Shown: one piece after another, positions 20,298-33,229 of the stretch | Position numbering within the stretch: the stretch's first letter is position 1 | Layout: the number at the start of each line of letters is the position of its first letter | Source: Octopus bimaculoides | Lineage: Eukaryota | DNA: 47,495 bases | Assembly: GCF_001194135.2 (NCBI RefSeq) | Contig: NC_068984.1 | Location: 71,301,620 to 71,349,114 of the forward strand | Direction: 5' to 3' | The notes under the pieces: model-generated | What the model was told of the DNA's origin: nothing | Seen by the model: the letters and a program-made list of their open reading frames with translations, nothing else | Databases searched by the model: none | Position numbers and translations under genes: made by a program

Positions 20298-21556
20298 TTA
20301 GGTCGTCAAGTATGAAATTTGTAGAAAAGCGAAAACAGTTTGCTATTGTTTTATAAATACAAGGAGTTGTTTTATTCATCAAAATATGCACCGACAGTGT
20401 CTATGCACTTTTGCCCTTTCAGCGGTAACGTGTCCACCGCGGAACCATAAAAGCCTGGCAATCTTGAGTCAATAAAATCTTGGAAAACCTGTTTTGCAGC
20501 ATTGTGGGAATTAATTGTTTTTTCCTATCAAGACGTTATCCAAATTTTGGAAGAATTGGTTGTCAGCGGGGGCAATATCAGGTGAGTATGATGGATAATG
20601 GAGAACTTCAAACTCCAAATCATGTAGTTTCGCCAGTGTCATTTTTTGCGATGTGTGGTCTGGCGTTGTCTTGCAAAAAAACTAGGAGTGCATCTGTTGA
20701 CTAATGTAGGCTATTTTTTGTAAGTTTCTGCATCCTTTGGTTTAGTTGACTGCAGTATATTTCGGCCATCATTGATAAGACAGGTTTCATGAAATCATAA
20801 TCGATCACACCTGCACCAGACCACCAAACACACACCATCAGCTTCTTTCCATGAATTTTGATTTTGGACTCTGTTTTCGTGGCTCGTCTGTATCCAGCTA
20901 TTATGCTGAACGTTTACGATTGTTTAGTAGCATCCATTTCTTATTACATGTTACAATTCGATTTAAAAAATGATTCATTTTGTGACGAGAAAGTAGCATA
21001 ATGCAGGCTTCCAAACGTTGCTGTTTCTGATTTTCATTGAGTTTATGTGGAGTCCATTTATTCAACTTTTTCAGTTTACTGATTTGGACTAGATGATTCA
21101 ATATTGTTTGCTTGTTAACATCAAACAACAACGATAATTCACGGGCACTTTGAGATGGATCAGACTCGACTGTGGCTCTCAGTTCTTCATTATTCACCTT
21201 TGTTTCTTGTCGACCGCGTTTCTCATTTGTGAGGTCAAAGTTACCAAAACGAAATTTGATACTGTCTACTGTGTAATAAAATTAGAATGAAATACTCCGT
21301 TAATATTTCGAGCTGTCTGCGATGCTGTATTTCCAAGAAAGAACTCATATTTCAAAGCTGTAAGAATTTCTGGCTTATGCAACTCTAAACAAAAATAGCA
21401 AAAACGATTTATAAATACTTTAAAAGCTCAAAATAAGAATAAAAAAATAAATGTATCAGCTTTCTAACAAAAAATGAAGATATACTAATGGCGCGAAATG
21501 AGCAGCAGTTAAATTTGCCATTTACCTTACTACAAATTGCATACTTGACGACTTAA
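20298..21556 (-). mobile_element. Full-length but defective mariner transposon (cecropia/Hsmar1-like), copy B
   Basis: TA-TTAGGTCGTCAAGTATGAAATTTGTAG (from 20298) and CTACAAATTGCATACTTGACGACTTAA-TA (to 21556), with TA on both sides. ORF 20901-21197(-) reads NNEELRATVESDPSQSARELS...KWTPHKLNENQKQQRLE...RIVTCNKKW and is colinear with the Hsmar1 transposase. Confidence 0.96.
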
Positions 21557-22579
21557 TACATACGAATATATGATTGTGCTAAAACATAAAGGAATAAACA
21601 CTACCACATTGTTTCGCCGGGAAATGAAGTGAATGTTAAATGTGACCAATATTTCGTTCTACATGAGACTTATTAATTTACACCATTGTACCATTATAGG
21701 ACCATTATCACATAAGACATTCCATTTATGATCGTCCTGTTCATAGATTCACACATATTGTGTGTAAGTCAATTGTTTTCTTCAATGGAATCCCGTCAGA
21801 TAAATAACTTTGAATATGACATGATAGTAATTTCACCTGTTTCATTCATTGCNNNNNNNNNNNNNNNNNNNNNNNNNNNNNNNNNNNNNNNNNNNNNNNN
21901 NNNNNNNNNNNNNNNNNNNNNNNNNNNNNNNNNNNNNNNNNNNNNNNNNNNNNNNNNNNNNNNNNNNNNNNNNNNNNNNNNNNNNNNNNNNNNNNNNNNN
22001 NNNNNNNNNNNNNNNNNNNNNNNNNNNNNNNNNNNNNNNNNNNNNNNNNNNNNNNNNNNNNNNNNNNNNNNNNNNNNNNNNNNNNNNNNNNNNNNNNNNN
22101 NNNNNNNNNNNNNNNNNNNNNNNNNNNNNNNNNNNNNATTATACATATATATATATATATATATACACATACATACGTATATATGTGTATATATACACAT
22201 GCATGTATGTGAATAAGTTGAAGAGTGACATACTTTATCTTCCAAATTCATGCACAACAAAACGTTCTTGGTAGTCTAACGGAATGAAAGTTATATGAAA
22301 GCATTTGAGACGATAATAAATTTACGGAAAAAGTACATTAGCGTTCTATTAATGGCTTATTTCTCTCTTACTCATACTACAAACGTCTATACATTATCAT
22401 CTTAATTCTCCCCCATTTCTCTGTTTTGTCTTTAAATATAATTAATATAGATTTTTCTTCTTTGGGGTTGTCTAATCTATTCATTTATTCGAATATATTA
22501 AATTTGTACACTTTGCTTCAAACAAAATATATATAATTACTAATTTGTGTGATGTATTGCTACAGGTAAGCAATATTTT

Positions 22580-22622
<43 letters not shown>

Positions 22623-24699
22623 GCATGTGTATATTTATGTATCTAGGAATGTATGCATATATAGATTTATCGCTTCTTACAAAAGATGAGATTTGAATGC
22701 GTAAATTAGTTAATGTTTCATTCTTAATCTAAATACGACTTTTTCCCCACGGCCACTATTTCAACTATTAATTTACCTTTGCTTGTACAGTTGGAACATA
22801 CACGAACGCCGTTATTATTTCTTATACTTCGAATTACTGGCTTCTATGTTAATATTCTTTGTTATATATGTCTGCCTACATGTATATGTGTGTGCAGCAT
22901 AAATATATTTTTGTAATCATTCGCTNNNNNNNNNNNNNNNNNNNNNNNNNNNNNNNNNNNNNNNNNNNNNNNNNNNNNNNNNNNNNNNNNNNNNNNNNNN
23001 NNNNNNNNNNNNNNNNNNNNNNNNNNNNNNNNNNNNNNNNNNNNNNNNNNNNNNNNNNNNNNNNNNNNNNNNNNNNNNNNNNNNNNNNNNNNNNNNNNNN
23101 NNNNNNNNNNNNNNNNNNNNNNNNNNNNNNNNNNNNNNNNNNNNNNNNNNNNNNNNNNNNNNNNNNNNNNNNNNNNNNNNNNNNNNNNNNNNNNNNNNNN
23201 NNNNNNNNNNNNNNNNNNNNNNNNNNNNNNNNNNNNNNNNNNNNNNNNNNNNNNNNNNNNNNNNNNNNNNNNNNNNNNNNNNNNNNNNNNNNNNNNNNNN
23301 NNNNNNNNNNNNNNNNNNNNNNNNNNNNNNNNNNNNNNNNNNNNNNNNNNNNNNNNNNNNNNNNNNNNNNNNNNNNNNNNNNNNNNNNNNNNNNNNNNNN
23401 NNNNNNNNNNNNNNNNNNNNNNNNNNNNNNNNNNNNACGTAGCCAATCTTTTTTTTTCCTCCTTTTTACTCATTATATGTTCCTCATTAGAATTTGTATG
23501 TTCTGTATCGAATTTTTACAAGACTAGCTGCGGCCCTAGCACCCCAGGTGAATTATTATGTAGCAAATTTGTTATCAAGGAAATTCCAGGCATGGTCATC
23601 ACGTCAGTTATTTTATATGCCATATGACTATATTATGAAACGTAGCTTTTCCTACGATAACATTGAGAGAGTTGTAAGAATTATGCTTACTATTTCGTGC
23701 GATTCCGTAATTCGGACTTGTAGAATCGGAAGAATATCAGCCAAAATGCTTTGCTCAATAAAGTTATGTTTTTTAACGTTCTACTCTTTTTCAATTGCAA
23801 CCGAGTGACTATAGAGTGGCTATTACTCAATTATCCTTTAAATACTAGAAGAAATATCCTTGAATCGTATACATTTTGTGAATCAGTAGATATGGTCCTC
23901 AGAAAAAGAACATAATGATAACTAACATTTTGTTTGAGGAGGTTCAGTATTTAGATTTAGCATCAAGTAGATATGGGATGAAATGCTGGAGCAAAAACAT
24001 ACGGTTCAAATTACACCGAAGTTAATTTTGCTACATACTCTCTAGAGGTCAGTTGACAATATCAACCAATTATGTGAGGTTTACTTAATCACCTGTTCCA
24101 TTTACACCAAATTTTCTAGCCTAGTATCTGTATCAGCAACGGTTATTAAGCGTACACTTTAAGTCAATGTTTTCACAACCGTTAGAATGTCGAAGAAGAT
24201 GTCTTATGAATTTATTCCGGCTCATTATGTCAAGTACTTGAAATTATATAATCGACTATTTTATTCACTCTAAATTTCTTTCCTTGTATCTAAGTAAGAA
24301 AGTTTCGTTAAGATTACCGGGAAAATATGAAAGTATACTTTATTAAATATAGAATATAATATTCATGATATACCTGTCACCTTCGGTGTTGCGACCAGAT
24401 GTGAAGTAAAATTCATAATGTAAAAACGTAAAACAGTTACTCACAACTGATATTGAATATATAAACCAGCAGTGCGATCTCTTCATTATTGTATGCCATG
24501 CAGAAAGTAGCAACCACATTCCGTAACTAATCGAGAATAGCAATGTGTGTAATGCAGTCCTGGATACATAATGGCTGAAAATATATAATTGCTCATCTGC
24601 TGCAGAAGAACACCAGAGCAACCAGCCTCCAAGGCCAAATAATTACTAAAACTAATCACCAATTTCAAACATATAGATGCAATCATATATCAAATGAGA

Positions 24700-25250
24700 T
24701 GGGGGATGTAGAGTCCATTAAATGAAAGCATGACTCGGGTCTGCCAAACCAGCCTTAGAATCATCTAATACAATCTGAATTGAAAGAGCTCTTAGCAAGA
24801 ACATAAAATGAAAGCTTCTGAGGACATGAATATGGCCTGTTGCATTTAATAGATGGGCACTGTGTAACTCAAAACATTTGAAACAACGTGGTAACATGGA
24901 ATAATTAGGTTCAGTTGGACTGACCATCGAAAATATGATTCATACTTGTGGAATGGGAACAGAAAGAGAATTGTTGTTAATTGTCAAGAAGAGCAAGCTG
25001 TCGTATTTAGGGTAAGGTATAAGGGCTCAAAAACTCAGCACCCACATCCTAGCGGAAATGGCAATTGGAAACGAAGATGAGCTAGCAGACTAAGAAGACG
25101 CTAGCTGGAAGAAATCAAACGATGAAGTGGAAGACCACGGGCTGAATGTACAAACATGATAAGAAGCCTGAATCGACAAAGAGAGATAGTGCATTAAAAT
25201 ATGGTTTCCATCCCTCATCAATGAGGGTGAGAACAGGCAAGGCAAGGCAA
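24700..25250 (+). mobile_element. RTE-clade LINE 3' fragment
   Basis: Degenerate translation: KA*LGSAK...KLLRT*IWPVA, FETTW*HGIIRFSWTDH (cf. FEMWCYRRILRISWT), ELLLIVKKSKLSYLG (cf. VKRRKLxYFGH), RLRRR*LEEIKR*SGR (cf. RPRRRWLDDIK). Ends in a short GGCAA tandem tail. Confidence 0.8.
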
Positions 25251-26149
25251 CAGCAACAGTAACAACAAAAGCAAAAGCGATTCTCAGATTTACCTCCAAC
25301 TGAATTTACTTTTAAAACTCTGAAATTCGCGTTTAGTGGTTTCTATTTTAAAGAAATGTAAACTTATTTTTTCTTGTTGCACATTTAATTCTAACAATTT
25401 AACCCATGACAAAATACAAATGTTTTTTTTTATTGTATCTAATTAACTTCTCTTATTGGTAAAGACAATACCTTAATAACGTAATCGATAACCCAGTATT
25501 AATTCCTTTTATCTATCCTTCACTGATGAAAATCTATGTTAAATATAGTATGATATTGGCTTAAGAACTGATTACTATAACATATTTACTTTAGTGTCCG
25601 AAAACGTCTACCATTACTGTATCCAGTGTCTTAGATCTAATTGGTAATATATATGTAGCATTTTCTAAGAGAGCTATCAAATGATGCCGTTCCCTCTTTC
25701 ACATAAGTAAATTAAACTCAGAGAAATAAGAGTAAAATACAGTACCATTACTTGGTTTCATTTGTTGTTTTCTTTATAATTATCTGTTTTATTATTATCA
25801 CTCTTTGATGCTTCAAATGATTTATTCGTTTCTAATCTGTTCAGAATGACATCATGAGAGAAATGATAAATTGTTTAAAAGTGATTCTTTGACAAAATTT
25901 GCATTATGATAAGGAGCAATGTCTAATTGACCTTAAGTAACTACGAATGTTTCGTATCAAGTTGATACTTTAACATTTTTACAAAAACTTTCACCAATGG
26001 GAAACTTTCTGTAAGTTTCATTGTTTTCTTCAAATTAAGATGGGTTAATTTCGTTCAGTATACAAGTACACGAATCAGAGACAATACACCTTGTCTGACC
26101 GAAAGGGCGGAATAAATGACTGACGCCAATTAAAAAGAAAGAAATAATT

Positions 26150-26490
26150 CAGACTACACGACTGAGTATAGCAAGATGAGAGTGAAACCAGAAGAAGGTA
26201 CGGTATTGGTAGTGCAGTATTTAGGAGTGAATGCTGCTTGAAGTTTCATCTGGGCAAGTCCATGTGAAAAGAGCAACTATATCAACGCAAATAATCTGAT
26301 ACTACTCATAGGGCTACTTCTATTTGTATTAAGACTGAATGAAAGTCCGAGGAACACCAAGGCCAGAAGGAATCAACGAGGTGAAAAAATACCAAGATCA
26401 ATGCTAGAGATAAAACAAAGCTTATTGTGCAGAGAATCCTCGACACAACGGACGAAGATCATCTTGCGAAGGCAGTACGGCTTCTCCACA
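26150..26490 (+). mobile_element. Possible non-LTR retrotransposon ORF remnant, clade unassigned
   Basis: VQYLGVN (cf. RT YLG motif) followed by A-rich, protein-like KINARDKTKLIVQRILDTTDEDHLAKAVRLLHIQ. Weak evidence. Confidence 0.3.
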
Positions 26491-26515
26491 TACAGTTTTT
26501 CATTTATATATATAC

Positions 26516-26549
<34 letters not shown>

Positions 26550-27353
26550 NNNNNNNNNNNNNNNNNNNNNNNNNNNNNNNNNNNNNNNNNNNNNNNNNNN
26601 NNNNNNNNNNNNNNNNNNNNNNNNNNNNNNNNNNNNNNNNNNNNNNNNNNNNNNNNNNNNNNNNNNNNNNNNNNNNNNNNNNNNNNNNNNNNNNNNNNNN
26701 NNNNNNNNNNNNNNNNNNNNNNNNNNNNNNNNNNNNNNNNNNNNNNNNNNNNNNNNNNNNNNNNNNNNNNNNNNNNNNNNNNNNNNNNNNNNNNNNNNNN
26801 NNNNNNNNNNNNNNNNNNNNNNNNNNNNNNNNNNNNNNNNNNNNNNNNNNNNNNNNNNNNNNNNNNNNNNNNNNNNNNNNNNNNNNNNNNNNNNNNNNNN
26901 NNNNNNNNNNNNNNNNNNNNNNNNNNNNNNNNNNNNNNNNNNNNNNNNNNNNNNNNNNNNNNNNNNNNNNNNNNNNNNNNNNNNNNNNNNNNNNNNNNNN
27001 NNNNNNNNNNNNNNNNNNNNNNNNNNNNNNNNNNNNNNNNNNNNNNNNNNNNNNNNNNNNNNNNNNNNNNNNNNNNNNNNNNNNNNNNNNNNNNNNNNNN
27101 NNNNNNNNNNNNNNNNNNNNNNNNNNNNNNNNNNNNNNNNNNNNNNNNNNNNNNNNNNNNNNNNNNNNNNNNNNNNNNNNNNNNNNNNNNNNNNNNNNNN
27201 NNNNNNNNNNNNNNNNNNNNNNNNNNNNNNNNNNNNNNNNNNNNNNNNNNNNNNNNNNNNNNNNNNNNNNNNNNNNNNNNNNNNNNNNNNNNNNNNNNNN
27301 NNNNNNNNNNNNNNNNNNNNNNNNNNNNNNNNNNNNNNNNNNNNNNNNNNNNN

Positions 27354-27391
<38 letters not shown>

Positions 27392-28909
27392 TCTTATAGT
27401 TGTATGTATATCCGTACTGTAATATCCTGCGGGAAATTGGAAAGTAATACTGTGTTTCAAAGTAATATAGATCAGAAACAGGAAAAGAAGTCATGCGACA
27501 GGTAATAAGAAAATTAAATGACAAAATCAAAACAAATACAAAAATTGACAAGAAACACATTAGAAGAGAAGACATGATAAATGATGATGAGAAAAGAAAC
27601 ATGACAAAATACCATTGCTCGTGAATTGACTAGATTTTTTTTTTAATGGGAACGAATCCGTGATTTGTGTTTTAGCAGGCATAGATATAAATGTACATCA
27701 CATATATTTATACAGTTCTAAAATTTTCGACCAAAAGTAAAACAGACGTACTTTAAAACAAATATGCCATTTGTAGATAAATGTTTAGTATCGTTTCATT
27801 TCATTAATGGTATCACATAAGTGAAACTCTGTATATTGTACTAAAATTACACTAATTTATTGTATACTGATCTTTGAACTTTCATGAATTTCTCGAGATA
27901 AGCACTTTGTTAAAATGAGTTTTTAGAAATCAAGGCGGTAGATACGCTTTGATTAAATAAACCTCAAAACTTTATTCCTCTTTTGTTGGAATAGTGTATG
28001 TTTACATCAATTCATATCACTAGACTTCTCAAATTGAGAGTAAAACTCTCGGTGATTAGTTGAAAGATTTACCTTAATTTGTATCGTTTCTCTACAACGT
28101 AAGCTGCAGAGTTCCTTAGACTGAATGTTGTACGCCAGGATCCTTTTCGCACTACGTTTTCGTATACTATCTATTTTTCATCTCCGTCCCCAGGTTGTTT
28201 AAAAAATGGTATGCTTTCATTCCGTCTCAAGAGCATATCTTAAATGGAATACCGGTCCTAGAAATTCCTTTCTAAGTGTCTGTGAGGGATCCATACATTA
28301 TAGCGAGAAATGTATCCTAGTGTCATACTTTAAGAAACTTGCAACTCCTCTGCAGGCTCTCTTGTTATATTTGAGGGTTTTTTTTTTCGATTTATCCCTT
28401 CAAAATAACTTTATCAAATGTTGAAGGTGTTCCACTACGACTGTTATCTTCCAAACTAAACTCTCCATCTTAAAATTTTGCAAACCACCTCCGAACATTT
28501 GATTCACAGCATCATCCCTATAAATTTCACAAATATTTTTGAAATACTTTTCCTCATTTTCTCCATGGTTTGAAAAAGAAAAGCATTACAAAGCAAATAT
28601 TAAATATTTGGCTATTCATTTCAAACGTCAATAAATAGTAACTGTAGTAAAAGATAAGTCTATTTTCATCAGGAACAAGGAAAAAATGCACTACCACTTC
28701 AAGCAACGGTAAAGACTTCAAGCTACGGTGAAGTTTTAACTGTGTTACGTTTAGATGTGTTCAATGTAGCGCGAAAATATTTAGCTTAAACACGTTCAAA
28801 CTTTCCGACAACCTAACATAAAATTTCGTTTTTGGATTTGGTATATATCATACCCCCATATCCACAGTTTACACAGGTAGAGTAGAATAGTTAGTGGGCT
28901 GTTATGTAG

Positions 28910-29335
28910 ATAGATGCATGTATTTGTGCGTATGTATATATGTATGTATGTATGTATGCATGTATATATGTGTATGTCTGTACGTACATACGTACGTATG
29001 TATGTATGTATGTATGTATGTATATATGTGTATATGCACATGTATATAAACATGGATATGATAATAAACAGATCAACATACAGACGGATAGGTACATACG
29101 TTATATGAACAGACACGCACACATTCGCAAATGGAGACTAAAACACATGACCAGATATACACAAACACGGAAATGCAAGCATATGAATATGCAGAATACA
29201 TACAGATGCACACACATACATATGCATACACACACATATATGCATACACACATGCATACACACATGCATACATACATACATGCGTGCATAGGCACTCACA
29301 CACACAAACACACACACACACACTGACTAACAGAC
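28910..29335. repeat. Degenerate (TATG)n/(CA)n/(CATA)n low-complexity tract
   Basis: Directly visible; source of the many YV/HT-repeat ORFs. Confidence 0.9.
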
Positions 29336-29379
29336 ATGAACACAAACAAATAAAAAAAGGAACGCAGTGTAAATAACGG

Positions 29380-29560
29380 TTACGTTCGAACACCCACGTC
29401 GCCCGACACTTCCGCTTGGCTAACCACTCCCCCTCTAACATCTCCGTCTTTGGCCTCGATCTGCACCATGGACTCACACCCTCGCAACTCCGCCTGAAAC
29501 AGCGTTATATTTTTAATCTACGCACAATTGTCCCGTTCGGACTAAACACAACCCCCGCCT
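29380..29560 (+). mobile_element. Penelope-like element GIY-YIG endonuclease C-terminal fragment
   Basis: HVARHFRLANHSPSNISVFGLDLHHG (from 29395), then after a frameshift RLKQRYIFNLRTIVPFGLN (to 29547). This matches the PLE pattern VAxHFxxxxH...EQxxIFxLxTxxPxGLN. Confidence 0.8.
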
Positions 29561-29704
29561 CCTTTTGACTGCTTCTACACATCCTGTAACAAAGCAACCT
29601 TGTTTCATTTTATATTTTTTGTTTCAATCGCTCTATTTTATATTGCATTAACTTCTTTATCCCCTTTCAACCTTATTTTTCATTATTTATTATAATTTCT
29701 ATTT

Positions 29705-29905
29705 CTATATACACGCACACATGCACACACATACGTACATCGTACATATCCACACACACGAAGAAAACACACGCACCCGTGCACACACATGAACGTACAT
29801 ATAACTCCCACACACACCACACACATACCGCGCACATACATGCACATACACACTTACATACTTCCACACACATACACACACGCACATACACACGCACACA
29901 CACAT
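29705..29905. repeat. Degenerate (CA)n tract
   Basis: Directly visible. Confidence 0.9.
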
Positions 29906-30149
29906 AAAAAACCAAGGCTGTGAAGAATTTAGAACGTTTATAAATAGGTCTTACAGCTGTTTCCAGGTTATTTATTATATCTCTTCACCGGAGACGGTGT
30001 GATAAAATGTTTAAACAATAATTAATTTAGATACGATACAAAATGGAGAGTGAAGTGGAGAAATGAAAATAGATATGAGATATGCATGGATATTGCATTT
30101 GTAGATCCATTACTGAGGCAGAATGGTAGACATATAAGATTCTAATATC

Positions 30150-30335
30150 ACTTCTCTATCGAATTCAGGTCCCGCTGTAAGCTTGCAGTGCTATCTTTGA
30201 TTTTCATTGCCTGTGATAATTTTGTATCATCAGTATAACTAGTGACAGTGATTTCCGAGTGACCGTAGGCATATCTAAGAGGGTTGTTACCAACAGTAAT
30301 GGCCATAGAACAGTTCCTTGGGGGACACCACTTAG
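30150..30335 (-). mobile_element. CR1/L2-type LINE reverse transcriptase fragment (minus strand)
   Basis: Minus-strand reading GVPQGTVLWPLLL...TSYTDDTKLSQ...LQRDLNSI matches the RT motifs GVPQGxVLGP and YADDTK. Confidence 0.8.
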
Positions 30336-30399
30336 GATTGGCTGCAACTACCCGACTTCTTTCTTTATTGAAGTCTTGCAGTTTACTAACAATACTAAA

Positions 30400-31915
30400 A
30401 TCTCGTAGCTTATGACATATGATGCCATGATCCTTGAAAGTGGTAAGTTCCCATACAAATTGATATAGGGAATAGTATTCACTATCCAGAAAGTAGGAAG
30501 CAGAGTAGACGCTAAAAATTATAAACCTATCGTTCTGACCTCACACATAAGGAATTTATAGATCGAATATTCCAAAGGAAACTAATTGCCTTCCTTGAAT
30601 AGAATGATTTGTCACCTGACACCCAGTACGTTCTTAGAGTGGTAGTAGCTTTCTGACACAACGCTAACAGCACTACGACTGGATGTTAAAGCAGATACTG
30701 AATAACTCAAATTTTGACGTGATATATGTCGACTTTGATAAAGTCTATGATAAATCGATCATGGTATATGTCGCACGCTGCGTAATATCACCATAGTTTG
30801 GAAAACTTTATTTGAAGATACACGACTTCTTAAAAGCTAGAAATCAAATAGCAGTAGCCACGGGGCTACACCTAAGGAGGTGCAAATAACGAGTGGTGTC
30901 TCATAGGGCATTGTTTTGGGGTGACTGCTATTCATTTATGTCCTTCACAGATTTGCTCTCAGCTTTTCAGATAATCAACCTTGCTAGCTATGCAGAAGAT
31001 ACAAAGGTCCCTCAGAAGATACAGATCCATGGAGAAGTTGTGCTCCTAGAAAATGTGTTGGACGTAATATACAGGTGGGCTAAGGATAATAAAATGCAGT
31101 ATAGTGCATGAAAAGTCTAATCCCTTCACTATCGGAACACGACGATGAAGGAAATACAGACAGGATATATTGGCCCAGGTCGGACAGTAATCTTTGAAAT
31201 CAGTGTATGATCTTGGCATTGCAATGAGTATATCTTACTGAGTCGGCAATACAATACAGACTGCTGGTCTGATCCTTAGAACTTTCAGAACGAGAGAAAA
31301 AGAAAATATGGTAGTCCTCTGGTGGACATGTGCCCCCAGTTGTTTAGACGACTACTGCCCGCTTTTATCACCATAATATAGGTTTAACAGCGGAATTTGA
31401 AGCAATCCAACGAAGCTACACAAAAATTATCTCAATGCAACAAGTCAGCTCCTGGGAGAGACTGAAATAATTAAGTATCTATTCCCTAGGAGGAAGCCTG
31501 AAAAATATATGTAGTGATATATTTGGAAAATTTTGGAAGAAATCGTATGAAATGTTGGCATTGAACGTTACACAAAATAAAATAAGGTATCATTACTTAG
31601 TGCCGAAAATTCCAACGTTCCTATCAGGATACAAGACCAGATACTACGATACTGCAAGCTTTTGGGTTCAAAGGTCCACAAACTCTTCAATATCTTGTGA
31701 AAACTAGATGGGATGAAAATAGGTGTCTTGAAAGCAAAACTGGATCTCTTCCTGTCAAGAGTTCCGTATGAATCTACCTCGCAAATGAAAGCGCAGATGA
31801 GGGCAGTAAATTCAAACTGTCTCATCACCAAATGCAACAGATCAGAAGAGGTTACAAGTAGTGGAAATGCAGCAAAGCTAAAGGCGGTGTACCAGCATGG
31901 CCGCTGCTGTTAAGC
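30400..31915 (+). mobile_element. 5'-truncated CR1/L2-type LINE (RT domain to 3' end), decayed
   Basis: GSRVDAKNYKPIVLTSH, DVIYVDFDKVYDK, SGVS*GIVLG*LLF, LASYAEDTKV, YRWAKDNKMQY, KAKLDLFLSRVPYE. Terminates near AAGGCGGTGTACCAGCATGGCCGC. Confidence 0.88.
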
Positions 31916-33078
31916 ACGGTTATGTGCTTTGTGTTTCAATAATAATTCAGGAATTTAAACAATTCCGCATTAGACATTAATGAACATAATCCTACGCGGT
32001 ATCTCAAATATTAATATATAACAAACTATGTTTCTTCTTTCAAGAAAGATATGAGATTGTGTTGTTCATCTAAGGATCACTTTCATTTAAGGACTACAGA
32101 GAAATAAAGAAGAATATGGACAACGGAATAGATTTTGGTTGAACAGAAAGAAAACCGTAATTATTCTATAATTAAAAATAATTTAATAGATCATTCATTT
32201 AACTATATAGAACTTCATAATTGCTTAATTGAATTCTGTTATAAAATTCCATTGAAAATTAATTTCATCTGTCGATTTTCAAATTCAACTCTAAAGAGTA
32301 AAATATGGTATTTATTGACCACAATTACTTTTTCTATTATTTCTTTTTATATTTAAACTTATTACTTCAGAAAATTAATTATATACTCCTTTCGTTTACT
32401 TCTTTTATTTTCTTATGAAACTAAATAGTTTTGATAATTGCTCTTTTATCGAGCTTAAATGATCTATACACTGTAGATTTTGTGTAAATTTGTTTTTATT
32501 CGAAATTAGTTGGGGAAAATTAAATTTAAGAATATTTAAAAATATTCATTTGCTAATTATTTAAAATAAATTATAAGGAGAAGTTGACGGCAGGGAATTT
32601 CAGACTAAAAACTGTTCATTAAATGTAATAATATTTTCAACATATTTATTAATTTCTCGCTGTATATCTTTTGTTGTTTATATTTAAAATATTTTCAAAG
32701 TTTATTTCCTACTCAATATTTATTATGACTAGCTAGATATATTTAGTAACTTGTCAATATGCATAATATGGTAAGTGACCAAATGAAAGTTTATTTACAA
32801 CCTAATTTCCAGTACAAGAATTAGTTATTTTATTTACAATGAAATCACGTCATTCGTTTATAGAGAAATGTGCATTCTTTCAAAATTATACTGTTACATA
32901 TTCAAACGCATATGCACGGAAAATGTGATGCATTATGAACTTACTCTTCCATAATTCTAACCAAATAATTGCTACATCACAACCGCAGGTAATAAACTGC
33001 AAAAGAGTCCTGCTTTGCAGTTTAATCTTAGAAACGGACAAAATATATTTGTTTCAAATTTTGGCACAAAGCTAGCAG

Positions 33079-33229
33079 TTACTTCGACCCAGTACTCAAC
33101 TGTTACTTATTTTATCGAACACGAGAAAACAAAGGCAATGTTGACCTCGGTAGAATTTGAACTCAGACGGGCAAAATGCCTCGCAGTATTTTGCCAGACG
33201 CAGTAACGATTCTACGAGATCATTGCCTC
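33079..33229 (-). mobile_element. tRNA-derived SINE fragment (same family as 16215-16352)
   Basis: TCGACCCAGTACTCAACTG...TTTATCGA...AAAGGCAA..TTGACCTCGG.AGAATTTGAACTCAG...TAACGATTCT...GCCT is the inverted family core and head. Confidence 0.72.
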
